DNA of 64,000 nucleotides from Candidatus Magasanikbacteria bacterium RIFOXYC2_FULL_42_28 (GTDB taxonomy: Bacteria > Patescibacteriota > Patescibacteriia > Magasanikbacterales > GWA2-37-8), in contig MFQZ01000008.1 of NCBI GenBank assembly GCA_001784435.1, positions 23,347-87,346 of the forward strand. The letters run 5' to 3'. The notes below the pieces were generated by a model. It saw nothing but the letters and a program-made list of their open reading frames with translations. It did not search any database and had not been told where the DNA came from. Each line of letters starts with the position of its first letter. The first letter of the stretch is position 1. Positions 22,606 through 32,429 of the stretch are shown here, one piece after another. The position numbers and the translations under genes are program-made.

Positions 22606-23802
22606 ATGACAACAACTACACAAAAAATTCCATCAGGATATAAACAAACCGAGATCGGTGTGATTCCGGCCGATTGGGATGTCAAAAATTTAGGTAATGT
22701 TTGTGAAAAAATAACCACCGGAAAACTTAACGCCAATGCAATGGTTGAAGGTGGTGAGTATCGTTTTTATACGTGTGCCAAAGATTATTATCGAATAAAT
22801 CGTTATGCTTTTGATACTGAGGCACTGTTAGTTTCTGGTAATGGTGCAAATGTTGGATATGTACATTACTACAAAGGGAAATTTAATGCTTACCAAAGAA
22901 CGTATGTGCTATCTGATTTTTCAGCAGACATCCAATATATAAAATTATTTTTGGATAGAAATTTACAGGAAAGAATAAGAGTAGAAGTTAATGCAGGCAA
23001 TACCCCATATATCACAATGGGTACACTTACGGAAATGCAACTTGCAGTTCCTCCATTCAAAACTGAACAAACTGCAATTGCGACCACCATCTCCGATATA
23101 GGTATGTTGGTTGAAAAGTTTGAAAAATTAATTGGAAAGAAAAAGAATATCAAACAGGGTGTAATGCAGGAACTTCTTACTAAGAAGCGACGCCTTTCGG
23201 GATTTTCTAGTAAGTGGGAAACGAAAACCTTGGGTGATTTAGTTGATGTAAAAGACGGTACGCACCAAACACCAAGATATGTTGATGAGGGCGTACCTTT
23301 TTATAGTGTTGAAAGCGTTACCAGCAATGATTTTGAAAATACTAAATATATTAGTGAAACCGAACATAGACTATTAACCAAAAATTTCCGAATAGAAAAG
23401 GGTGATATTTTAATGACAAGAATCGGGTCTATTGGAGATTGCAAATTGATTACATGGGAACCGAATGCCAGTTTTTATGTGAGCTTGGCTTTGCTAAAAC
23501 CCAAAGATAAAAAGACCTCTCTTTATATCTACCATTTTTCTAAGACAGATTTCTTTAAAAAAGAATTAGAGGATAGATCCTTGCAATGGGCTGTGCCTAA
23601 AAAAATTAATCTCGGCGAGATTTCCAAAGTAAAAATTTATCTCCCAGTTGATCCTGAAGAACAAACCGCTATCGCCACTGTCTTGTCAGATATGGACACA
23701 GAAATTGAAAAACTGGAATCGCAACTTACCAAATACCAAAATATTAAACAAGGAATGATGCAAACACTTTTAACAGGCAAAATAAGATTACTTACAAAAT
23801 AA
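22606..23802 (+). CDS. hsdS: Type I RM specificity subunit S
   Basis: GYKQTEIGVIPADW; two TRDs, each followed by EQTAIA..KQG.MQ.LLT. Confidence 0.95.
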   Translation: MTTTTQKIPSGYKQTEIGVIPADWDVKNLGNVCEKITTGKLNANAMVEGGEYRFYTCAKDYYRINRYAFDTEALLVSGNGANVGYVHYYKGKFNAYQRTYVLSDFSADIQYIKLFLDRNLQERIRVEVNAGNTPYITMGTLTEMQLAVPPFKTEQTAIATTISDIGMLVEKFEKLIGKKKNIKQGVMQELLTKKRRLSGFSSKWETKTLGDLVDVKDGTHQTPRYVDEGVPFYSVESVTSNDFENTKYISETEHRLLTKNFRIEKGDILMTRIGSIGDCKLITWEPNASFYVSLALLKPKDKKTSLYIYHFSKTDFFKKELEDRSLQWAVPKKINLGEISKVKIYLPVDPEEQTAIATVLSDMDTEIEKLESQLTKYQNIKQGMMQTLLTGKIRLLTK

Positions 23803-23806
23803 CAAT

Positions 23807-26800
23807 ATGGAAACACTAAACACAACTAAAGTCGGCCAGCTGGAACGCAAAACGCAAGATCGTATTGTGGCTTTGTTTCGTGATCGGCTTGGCTATGATT
23901 ATCTCGGCAACTTTGAAGAGCGAGAGGAAAACAACAATGTTGAAGAGGTCTATTTGCGCTCTTTTCTTTTGCGTTCCGGACACAGCGAAACTTTGATCAG
24001 CAAAGCCATTGAGAAGTTAAAGAAATGCACCAATCGTCCGCAGATGAGCTTGTATGATCTGAATAAAGAAACTTACAGCTTGCTTCGCTACAGTGCCAAA
24101 GAACGAGAGAAATTGGGAGAGCACAAGCAGGATGTTGAATTCATTGACTGGGAACATCCGGAGAATAATCATTTTGCGATTGCCGAGGAAGTGACGATCA
24201 AAGGCAACCGTACCAAACGGCCGGATATCGTGCTGTATGTAAACGGCATTGCTGTCGGTGTGATTGAACTCAAGCGAAGCATTGTTTCCGTGTCCGAAGG
24301 CATTCGCCAAAACATTGGCAATCAAAAAGAAGAATTTATCAAAACATTTTTCGGTACGATTCAGTTAGTTATGGCTGGTAATGACACTGAAGGTTTGCGT
24401 TATGGCACGACCGAAACTCCCGAACAACATTATTTGTCTTGGAAAGAGACAGGTCTCGGCAGTGAGTCCAGATTGGACCGAGCTATTTTGCAGATTTGCG
24501 ATAAGAAGCGTTTATTGGAAATTATCCACGACTTTATTGTTTTTGATAGCGGTATAAAAAAGACTTGCCGACATAATCAGTATTTTGGCGTTAAGGCCGC
24601 TCAGGATTATGTCAATCGTCACGAGGGTGGAATTGTTTGGCATACGCAAGGTAGTGGCAAGAGTTTGACGATGGTCTGGCTGGCTAAATGGATTCGCGAG
24701 AATATCAACGATGCTCGGGTGCTTTTACTTACCGACCGCACCGAACTTGATCAGCAAATCAAACAGGTTTTTGACGGCGTGAACGAAGAAATATATCGAG
24801 CACCAAGTGCCAGAGATTTATTGGACGAATTAAACAAAAAAGATAAGTGGTTGCTTTGTTCGCTCGTGCATAAATTTGGCCGAGTAAACGGGACCGGCGA
24901 GCTTGATGTTGATGACTATCTTTCAGAGATAAAGAAAAACTTGCCGAAGGACTTTTCTGCCAAAGGCAATTTGTTTGTGTTTGTGGATGAATGTCATCGC
25001 TCTCATACCGGCAAACTGCACGAAGCGATGAAGGAACTTTTGCCAACGGCAACATTCCTTGGCTTTACCGGCACTCCGCTTCTCAAGGTTGATAAATCAA
25101 ACAGCATCGGGGCGTTTGGACCGTATATCCATACTTATAAATATAACGAGGCCGTGGCCGACAAGGTGGTTTTGGATTTACGTTATGAAGCTCGCCGAGT
25201 TGATCAAAGTATCAGCTCCCAAGATAAGATCGACGAATGGTTTGAAGAACGCACCCAAGGGCTTACTGATGTCGCCAAAGCAGAACTCAAGCGACGTTGG
25301 GGTACGATGCAAAGTTTGCTCTCATCTCGATCACGACTGGAGAAAGTGGTTTTTGATATCTTAGATGACTTCTACAAAAAGGATCGCTTAGCCAGTGGTC
25401 GTGGCAATGCCATGCTCGTGGCCAGCAGTATCTATGAAGCTTGTCAGTATTATGAAATTTTCCAGACGATGGGCTTTACCAAGTGTGCCGTGGTGACTTC
25501 TTACGAACCCGGTGCTTTGTCTACCGATACTCGCGAATATGCGGTTTATCAGAAAATGTTAAACGGCAAGAGCACGGAAGATTTTGAGAAAGAAATCAAA
25601 AAGAAATTCATTGAAACTCCGGGTCAAATGCAACTGCTGATTGTGGTGGACAAACTTTTGACTGGTTTTGACGCACCGCCAGCTACTTATCTCTACATTG
25701 ATAAGAATATGCAGGATCACGGCTTGTTCCAAGCGATTTGTCGTGTGAACCGATTGGATGGCGAAGATAAAGAGTACGGCTATATTGTGGACTATCGGGA
25801 CCTATTCAAAAAACTAGAGAAAGCTGTCGGCGATTATACTGCCGGTGCTCTTGAGGGTTTTGATAAGGAAGACGTGCTCGGGCTTTTGAAGGATCGCATG
25901 GATGAAGGCAAAAAGGATTTGGATGAGGCAATGGAAATTGTGAAGGCACTTTGCGAGCCAGTCTCTCCGCCGAAAGATTCAGCCATGTATATCCGCTACT
26001 TCTGCGGTGATGTTGAAAACCCTTACTCCCTCAAAGAAAATGAAATCAAGCGAGTAAAACTTTATAAATCTGTCAGTCATTTGCTTCGAGCTTATGCCGA
26101 CTTGGCCAACGATATGGCTGATGCTGGTTATACCAAAGATCAGGCACAAGCGATTGAGCGAGAAGTTAGACACTACGAACAAGTACGAATGGAAGTTAAA
26201 CTTGCCAGCGGTGATTACATTGATCTGAAGAAATACGAACCGGCAATGCGAGTTTTGATTGACCGTTATATTTCGGCTACCGAAAGCGAGAAGTTGTCGG
26301 CTTTTGACGATATGACTTTGGTGGACTTAATTGTGAAGAAAGGTGAAGACGCTTTGAATGACTTGCCAGACGCTATTAAGCAAAGTCAGGAAGCGGTTGC
26401 CGAAACAATTGAGAACAACGTCCGCAAGCTGATCATTGATGAGATGCCGACTAACCCGAAGTATTATTTGCGAATGTCCGAACTCTTGGATGAGCTGGTC
26501 AAGAAACGCAAACAGGCTGACGTTGAGTATAAGGAATATTTAAAGCAGATTGTGGCTTTGTCCAAGAAAGTTAAAAACCCAATGGACGAGTCTGTTGGTG
26601 CGGAAATAAATACCTCTACTAAGCGAGCGATTTATGACAATCTTGGTCAGGATGTAAATAAGGCCGTGGCGGTGCATGAAGCCGTGATCGCTTCGAGGCA
26701 AGCCGACTGGCGTGGCAATCGTTTGAAAGAACGAGCAATCAAGATTGAAATCAAAAACGCTTTGCCCGAAATCACAGACGAGGAATTGAAAAACCTTTTT

Positions 26801-26830
26801 GAGATTATCAAGAATCAAAATGAGTACTAA
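23807..26830 (+). CDS. hsdR: Type I RM restriction subunit R
   Basis: RPDIVLYVNG..IELK nuclease, HTQGSGKS, DECHR, FTGTP, LTGFDAP, QAICRVNR. Confidence 0.95.
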   Translation: METLNTTKVGQLERKTQDRIVALFRDRLGYDYLGNFEEREENNNVEEVYLRSFLLRSGHSETLISKAIEKLKKCTNRPQMSLYDLNKETYSLLRYSAKEREKLGEHKQDVEFIDWEHPENNHFAIAEEVTIKGNRTKRPDIVLYVNGIAVGVIELKRSIVSVSEGIRQNIGNQKEEFIKTFFGTIQLVMAGNDTEGLRYGTTETPEQHYLSWKETGLGSESRLDRAILQICDKKRLLEIIHDFIVFDSGIKKTCRHNQYFGVKAAQDYVNRHEGGIVWHTQGSGKSLTMVWLAKWIRENINDARVLLLTDRTELDQQIKQVFDGVNEEIYRAPSARDLLDELNKKDKWLLCSLVHKFGRVNGTGELDVDDYLSEIKKNLPKDFSAKGNLFVFVDECHRSHTGKLHEAMKELLPTATFLGFTGTPLLKVDKSNSIGAFGPYIHTYKYNEAVADKVVLDLRYEARRVDQSISSQDKIDEWFEERTQGLTDVAKAELKRRWGTMQSLLSSRSRLEKVVFDILDDFYKKDRLASGRGNAMLVASSIYEACQYYEIFQTMGFTKCAVVTSYEPGALSTDTREYAVYQKMLNGKSTEDFEKEIKKKFIETPGQMQLLIVVDKLLTGFDAPPATYLYIDKNMQDHGLFQAICRVNRLDGEDKEYGYIVDYRDLFKKLEKAVGDYTAGALEGFDKEDVLGLLKDRMDEGKKDLDEAMEIVKALCEPVSPPKDSAMYIRYFCGDVENPYSLKENEIKRVKLYKSVSHLLRAYADLANDMADAGYTKDQAQAIEREVRHYEQVRMEVKLASGDYIDLKKYEPAMRVLIDRYISATESEKLSAFDDMTLVDLIVKKGEDALNDLPDAIKQSQEAVAETIENNVRKLIIDEMPTNPKYYLRMSELLDELVKKRKQADVEYKEYLKQIVALSKKVKNPMDESVGAEINTSTKRAIYDNLGQDVNKAVAVHEAVIASRQADWRGNRLKERAIKIEIKNALPEITDEELKNLFEIIKNQNEY

Positions 26831-27545
26831 TTCTTATCTACAACTTGGCAGTGTTGAAGCATTGGTCGTCCGCAAGCCGATCAAGAATTTGCATCTTTCG
26901 GTTTTGCCTCCCAACGGTTGGGTGCGTGTCACTGCACCAGCAAATATGAAAGACGACGCTATCCGTACGCTCTTGGCTTTGAGATTGCCATGGATCAAGA
27001 AACAGCAAGCCAAATTTACTGGCCAAGAAAGGCAAACCAAGCGTGATTATTCCTCCGGTGAAAGCCATTACTTTTTTGGTAAACGCTATCGCCTTGAAGT
27101 GGTTTATAAAGACGAGGCACCTGTTGTTACCTTGAAAGGAAAAAATAAGATTATTTTACAGGTTCGACCGAAAAGTCCGGCGATCAAACGCCGAGAAGTG
27201 ATGATGGATTGGTATCGCAAGGAGTTGCACACGGTCGTTGATGAATTGATTGCCAAGTGGCAAAAGAAAATGGGCGTAGAGGTTAAATTTTGGGGTATTA
27301 AGCAGATGAAGACTCGTTGGGGTACCTGCAATCACAAGCGAGCTCGAGTCTTGATAAACCTAGAGCTAGCCAAAAAGCCGATCGCTTGCGTGGAGTATGT
27401 CGTAGTCCACGAGCTTTTGCATTTGATTGAGAAAAAACACAGCGACAAATTTGTCGCCCTAATGGCAAAATACATTCCGAAATGGAAAGGCATAAAAGAG
27501 GAACTGAACAGTTTTATTTTGTCGTACGAGGAGTGGAAGTATTAG
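26820..27545 (+). CDS. YgjP/DUF45 (SprT-like) metalloprotein
   Basis: MKTRWGTC, YVVVHELLHL (HExxH); typical position after hsdR. Confidence 0.9.
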   Translation: MSTNSYLQLGSVEALVVRKPIKNLHLSVLPPNGWVRVTAPANMKDDAIRTLLALRLPWIKKQQAKFTGQERQTKRDYSSGESHYFFGKRYRLEVVYKDEAPVVTLKGKNKIILQVRPKSPAIKRREVMMDWYRKELHTVVDELIAKWQKKMGVEVKFWGIKQMKTRWGTCNHKRARVLINLELAKKPIACVEYVVVHELLHLIEKKHSDKFVALMAKYIPKWKGIKEELNSFILSYEEWKY

Positions 27546-27616
27546 TCTTGACTAGTAAAAATAGGCTGTAATTTGCTATCGAAAAATTTTCGATAAACTG
27601 ATATAATTATTGTAGT

Positions 27617-28687
27617 ATGAAATCACAATCCTCAAAAATTAAAGTCGTTGATTTATTTTGTGGCATTGGTGGACTGACTCACGGTCTTATCAAGGAGGGT
27701 TTAGATGTGGTGGCAGGAATTGATAACGATTCAAGTTGTAAATTTGGTTATGAATACAACAACAAGGCTCAATTTATTGATAGCGACATTCTTAAGGTAA
27801 CACCTGATCAAATAAATAAATTATTTGGTACAAAAAAGGGCACAATACGTGTTCTTGCTGGTTGTGCCCCTTGCCAGCCATTTTCAAGATTGAATCTAAA
27901 AAAAGTCACCGAAAAACAACTTGAGCCACTGGGTAAATTTGCTCAACTTATTGCGACTGTTCAGCCAGACATTGTCTCAATGGAAAATGTTAGTGGTTTA
28001 GCTGACACAAATAAATACCCCGTCTTTGCTAAATTTATAAAGACTCTGGAGGATAACGGATATAAATATAAATATGAAGTGGTAGATGTCTCAGAATTTG
28101 GCGTACCTCAAAAACGAAAACGATTAGTTTTATTGGCCTCAAAGTTTGGTGAAATTGAATTGATAAAAAGAACTCACAAAGACAAGCGAGTTACTGTTCG
28201 TGATGTTATAAAACACCTTGAACCAATCAAAGATGGTCAAACAAGTAAAAAAGACCCTCTTCATAAGGCAAGAAAACTTGATCCAATAAATCTTGATCGA
28301 ATCAAGGCGACTCCACATAATGGCGGGAATTCAGAAAGTTGGAGTGAAGATTTAATGCTTGATTGCCACAAAAAAGCTTCAGGAAAGACTTATCGAAGTA
28401 CCGTTTATGGCCGAATGAGATGGGACGAACCAGCACCGACTATGACAACTCAATGCATAGGTTTAGGGAATGGTCGTTTTGGTCACCCAACACAAAATCG
28501 TGCTATAAGTTTAAGGGAGGCCGCAATATTTCAAACATTCCCTGAAAATTATAAATTTACCGAGTCCGAAGACTCTATGGTGGTTACTAAAGTGGCAAAG
28601 TTTATTGGAAACGCAGTACCAGTAAGGCTGGGATCAGTCATTGGCAAGAGTATCAAGAATCACCTCAAATATTATGAAAAACAATAA
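27617..28687 (+). CDS. dcm: DNA (cytosine-5)-methyltransferase
   Basis: DLFCGIGG, GCAPCQPFS, MENV, PQKRKR, IGNAVP. Confidence 0.93.
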   Translation: MKSQSSKIKVVDLFCGIGGLTHGLIKEGLDVVAGIDNDSSCKFGYEYNNKAQFIDSDILKVTPDQINKLFGTKKGTIRVLAGCAPCQPFSRLNLKKVTEKQLEPLGKFAQLIATVQPDIVSMENVSGLADTNKYPVFAKFIKTLEDNGYKYKYEVVDVSEFGVPQKRKRLVLLASKFGEIELIKRTHKDKRVTVRDVIKHLEPIKDGQTSKKDPLHKARKLDPINLDRIKATPHNGGNSESWSEDLMLDCHKKASGKTYRSTVYGRMRWDEPAPTMTTQCIGLGNGRFGHPTQNRAISLREAAIFQTFPENYKFTESEDSMVVTKVAKFIGNAVPVRLGSVIGKSIKNHLKYYEKQ

Positions 28688-30347
28688 TGATAATTTCTCT
28701 TTTGAGATTTCACTGAGCGTTTTGAATCACTTAGGAAGAAATCTGTACAGAAGTTTTGCTACAGTTCTCGGAGAAGCAATCTCTAATGCATGGGATGCTG
28801 ACGCAAAAAATGTCTCAATCTATATCAACAAGAAAGGCAACAGCTTTTTTATCAAAGATGACGGAGTTGGTATGACAAGTGATGATTTTCAAAATAAGTT
28901 TTTGAAAATTGGATACTCAAAGAGAAAAGATGGCGGTTCTGCTTCTCCCAAGGGCAGACCTTATATAGGCAGGAAAGGTATCGGTAAATTAGCTTTGCTG
29001 TCTTGTGCGGACAAAATAACCGTTATATCAAAAACTAAATCCAGCAAGTACATTGGTGGTGTCATTGATAACTCCGGTTTAGACAAAGCAATAACAGAAG
29101 ATCTTACTCCCAAGGAGTATTCTCTTGGATCATGGACAGAAAGCACTTTTGCCACCCATACAAAAGATCATAAACATGGCACAATAATTTATTTTGAAGG
29201 TATCAAGGACGGTATACAAAACAGCTTAGAGTTTTTGAAAAAGATTGTTGCTTTGTATTTTCGTTTTTCACTTTTAGATAAAACATTCAATATCTTTATT
29301 GATGGCGAAAAAATCACACATGAATCCCTTAATGATCTTGCTGAAAAAACAGAGTTTTTATGGAAAATAAATGAACACAAGGATCCTTACGTTCAAAGTC
29401 TTGAAAAGAGATTTACTCCAGAAAAAAACGAGCAAAGAGACATCGTCCTTAAAGGTACTAAAGTGAAGGGGTTTATTGCGTCAGTTGAACGACCAAGAGA
29501 TCTTAAAATAATGACGACAGAGGAAAGAATCGGAATCGACCTTTTTGTAAATGGAAGATTGCGAGAAAGAGATATCCTCAAACATATACCAACATCTCGA
29601 GTGGCCGAGAATTATTTGTATGGACAGATTCACTTCAATGAGCTTGATAGTGGCGATGATATATTTACTAGTAGCCGAGAGGGTGTGGTTGCTGATGATC
29701 CAAAATATAAAAAGTTTCTAGATACTCTGCGAAAAAGTGTGATATTAAAAATTGTTGAGGATTGGGACAAATGGAGAATAGCCCACAGGAAGGATGGCGA
29801 TTCAGAAAACGAGAGAATGACCCCTCGAGATAGAAAATCAATGGAGTTATTTAATACCGTTTCCAAAGAATATACAGTTACAGGAAAATCAAAACATAAA
29901 AAGAAAATTGACACATGGGTTAATGATCTTGCTGATGACGCTCAATACAATTTTGGCTCTTATGCGGAATGTTTTGTATCAGAAAATTTAATCAGAAATT
30001 ATATTGGCGAAAAGAAAATAACCTTGTCAAAGGAAGCAAAAACAGAAATTGCGAAATGGAAAAAAGTAGAAACGGAGTCTAAAAATAAAGGCAATGTTAG
30101 TATTGGTATCCGCAAAAATAATAGTGATTTGAGCTATCTATCTATGAATGATCTCGCATACCTTGTAGATAAAGCAAAAGATCCAACTAAAGAGGCTTGT
30201 CTTGCGAGAGATGCAAACGAGTATAAGCCAATTCGAGACTCGCTTGCTCACACAGCACTTCTAACTGATGCGGCGAAAAAGAAGTTAACCTCGGTTTATG
30301 AAAATATCAAAGGCAGACTCATTACATTACTGTCTGGGAAGGCCTAA
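28674..30347 (+). CDS. GHKL (MORC/MutL-like) ATPase with C-terminal Swt1-like HEPN domain
   Basis: EAISNAWDADA, DDGVGM, GRKGIGK; C-terminal ENLIRNYI..YLSMNDL..IRDSLAH. Confidence 0.75.
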   Translation: MKNNNDNFSFEISLSVLNHLGRNLYRSFATVLGEAISNAWDADAKNVSIYINKKGNSFFIKDDGVGMTSDDFQNKFLKIGYSKRKDGGSASPKGRPYIGRKGIGKLALLSCADKITVISKTKSSKYIGGVIDNSGLDKAITEDLTPKEYSLGSWTESTFATHTKDHKHGTIIYFEGIKDGIQNSLEFLKKIVALYFRFSLLDKTFNIFIDGEKITHESLNDLAEKTEFLWKINEHKDPYVQSLEKRFTPEKNEQRDIVLKGTKVKGFIASVERPRDLKIMTTEERIGIDLFVNGRLRERDILKHIPTSRVAENYLYGQIHFNELDSGDDIFTSSREGVVADDPKYKKFLDTLRKSVILKIVEDWDKWRIAHRKDGDSENERMTPRDRKSMELFNTVSKEYTVTGKSKHKKKIDTWVNDLADDAQYNFGSYAECFVSENLIRNYIGEKKITLSKEAKTEIAKWKKVETESKNKGNVSIGIRKNNSDLSYLSMNDLAYLVDKAKDPTKEACLARDANEYKPIRDSLAHTALLTDAAKKKLTSVYENIKGRLITLLSGKA

Positions 30348-30365
30348 CTAAAGTAAATATGGGTT

Positions 30366-30545
30366 ATGGCCAACGATAACGATCCAATCAAAGACGACCC
30401 AGATGAAGAAGCTCCGGACGAGGAAGTCGCTGAGCTTATGGAAACCCACGATCTTGATAAAGACACGGCCGAGCGTGTGCAGGAGATCATGGAAGATTTG
30501 GGTGTGGACGAAGATGACGCCGTTGAGATCGAGGAGAGTCTTTAG
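30366..30545 (+). CDS. 59-aa highly acidic protein (absent from ORF track)
   Basis: MANDNDPIKDDPDEEAPDEEVAELMETHDLDKDTAERVQEIMEDLGVDEDDAVEIEESL; 18 nt after the ATPase stop. Confidence 0.65.
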   Translation: MANDNDPIKDDPDEEAPDEEVAELMETHDLDKDTAERVQEIMEDLGVDEDDAVEIEESL

Positions 30546-30857
30546 TTAAGCAATTATGACTCGGTGCAATTTGCTTAACTTTTCCGAAGTTAAGCAAATA
30601 GTTCTAGGCTCGCAAATTTCGTCAAACCGGTGGGCTATGGTCGCAAGATGTGTCAAAGGTCTATCCGGGGTGCAAAGCTCGCCATAAGGGCAGACAAGGG
30701 GCAACAACGTTTTACTTTTTGGCTAACAGGAGATCGTAGTTGTAAAACTTGGCAACTTTCTTGATGTTATTCATTTTTTCGCGTAAAGTAACCATATACT
30801 CTTTATCCTCGAGCACTGTTATAAGACCCGACAGTGCCTGACCCCGAATTTTTTCTT

Positions 30858-31118
30858 ATGTTGCCAAATGTTGCCAAAAACCGCTATGTTAACGCCTTAT
30901 TTTGGTTGATGTTTTTTTCGGCGGCCGTCCATATGGCGGTCTTATTTTTTCTGACGATAATCAACAATAATTGGCAAATTATAAATTATTTTAATATCTT
31001 GGATTTTGATTTAATCGCGCCTAATTTTCCTGGACTAAATAACTTAACTTTAGCCACATTTACCGGTTTAATAATTTATCTTTTAATATTTTTCTTCGGC
31101 ACAAAAAAAAATAACTAA
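30858..31118 (+). CDS. Small membrane protein
   Basis: Two hydrophobic helices; start taken at MLPNVAK. Confidence 0.55.
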   Translation: MLPNVAKNRYVNALFWLMFFSAAVHMAVLFFLTIINNNWQIINYFNILDFDLIAPNFPGLNNLTLATFTGLIIYLLIFFFGTKKNN

Positions 31119-31843
31119 CGCACATCGGACAGATAACCTTTTTGTTTACCGCTAAAATAATAACATAGAAATTGAAAAAAATATTCCCACAGCCCTTTAA
31201 ACACGCTCCCCTTAAACCGCCGACCGGAAAAAGCCACCGCCGGCGTCGGTAAAAAAACTATTTTACCCAATTTATTAAGACGAAAACCCAAGTCCAAATC
31301 TTCCATTGCCTGTAAATTCGGGTTAAACCCGCCCACGCACTCATAAGTTTCTTTATAAACGGCAAAACTAAACCCGGAGATAAAATAATTACCAAACAAG
31401 CGCCAATAAAACCAATTCCACTTTGGCCAAAACCAATTAAAAAACCGGCCGCGCCAATCTAACAAATCATTAATCATCACCGCTCCGGTTACCGCCGGGG
31501 CATTTGTTTTTTTAAGAGCACCAACCATTGCCTCCACCCAATTCGGTGGCGCGATCGTGTCGGCATCGGTTGATAAAATAATTTGGCCTTGGGCGCTGTT
31601 AAACCCAGCCGCCCGCGCCGCTCCTCGGCCTTGCTGATGTTCTGAAATAATACGCAAATTTAAACGCGACTGAAAGCGCGTGGCGACGGCGACAGTTTTG
31701 TCCGTAGAATTATTATCCACCACAATCACTTCAAAAATATAACCGGTTTTTTGCGCAACTAAAAATTCCAAACAGTCAGAAATTTTTTCTTCTTCATTAA
31801 AAGCGGGTATTACTACGGAAATTAAATTATTATCTGGATTCAT
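31115..31843 (-). CDS. Glycosyltransferase family 2
   Basis: SVVIPAFNEE, VVDNNSTD, TDADT, EDLDL. Confidence 0.92.
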   Translation of the reverse strand: MNPDNNLISVVIPAFNEEEKISDCLEFLVAQKTGYIFEVIVVDNNSTDKTVAVATRFQSRLNLRIISEHQQGRGAARAAGFNSAQGQIILSTDADTIAPPNWVEAMVGALKKTNAPAVTGAVMINDLLDWRGRFFNWFWPKWNWFYWRLFGNYFISGFSFAVYKETYECVGGFNPNLQAMEDLDLGFRLNKLGKIVFLPTPAVAFSGRRFKGSVFKGLWEYFFQFLCYYFSGKQKGYLSDVR

Positions 31844-31922
31844 ACCATTTAAAAATCCTTCCCAAAAATATTTTCGGAAGGATTTTAAATTATCACAAAA
31901 CTACTGTTTGGGTAAATGACGA

Positions 31923-32423
31923 TTATCTCCTGAGCAAATTCACTTCACCAACCGGCACTCCGGAAGCATCGCTGTCATAAATCGGCGCTTTTTCCAAATC
32001 ATAGCGACGGATCTGACCATCCCAATAATCGGTATAATCACCTTTGGCCAATTTAATCGCGAATAGCGTGATGGAATAAGCGCTTAAAATTATCGCCAGT
32101 CCAATTACCGCTTGAGTTAAAAGCGATTTGGCTTTAGTTACCTGCTCATCGTTACCCCCGGCCGTCATCCACAAAAATCCGGCGTAAAGAGTAAACACAA
32201 AAAACAACATTCCCAAAAATTCCAAAGCCACGCGGATGATATTGGCGACAATTTGGCGGGGGTCTTTGACATCGGCCGGAGTATAGCCAGCGCCAGTGCC
32301 GGCCGCGCCCAATTGGCCCACGATATCCGGTCCGTCTAAAGCGCTCGCTTGGCGAGCGGAAAACAATCCTACACCCAACATAACAACCAACGCCGAGATA
32401 ATTAAAAATTTTGTAAATTTCAT
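31923..32423 (-). CDS. CPR TrbC/VirB2-like pilin
   Basis: Signal peptide; YAGFLWMTAGGNDEQVTKAK between two TM helices. Confidence 0.8.
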   Translation of the reverse strand: MKFTKFLIISALVVMLGVGLFSARQASALDGPDIVGQLGAAGTGAGYTPADVKDPRQIVANIIRVALEFLGMLFFVFTLYAGFLWMTAGGNDEQVTKAKSLLTQAVIGLAIILSAYSITLFAIKLAKGDYTDYWDGQIRRYDLEKAPIYDSDASGVPVGEVNLLRR

Positions 32424-32429
32424 AAATTA

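Larger units (their letters stand above)
14061..30845. mobile_element. Serine-recombinase integrative defence island at tRNA-His (about 16.8 kb)
   Basis: Recombinase abutting the tRNA 3' end; ACCCC core at 14061-14065 and 30841-30845; cargo of RM/defence genes; host-type genes resume after 30845. Confidence 0.75.

Noticed and set aside
22606-23802. Phase-variable or invertible hsdS
   Set aside because: Single hsdS with no silent TRD copies, inverted repeats or simple-sequence tract seen.
14061-30845. Prophage or ICE
   Set aside because: No capsid, portal, large terminase, tail, relaxase or VirB4 genes.
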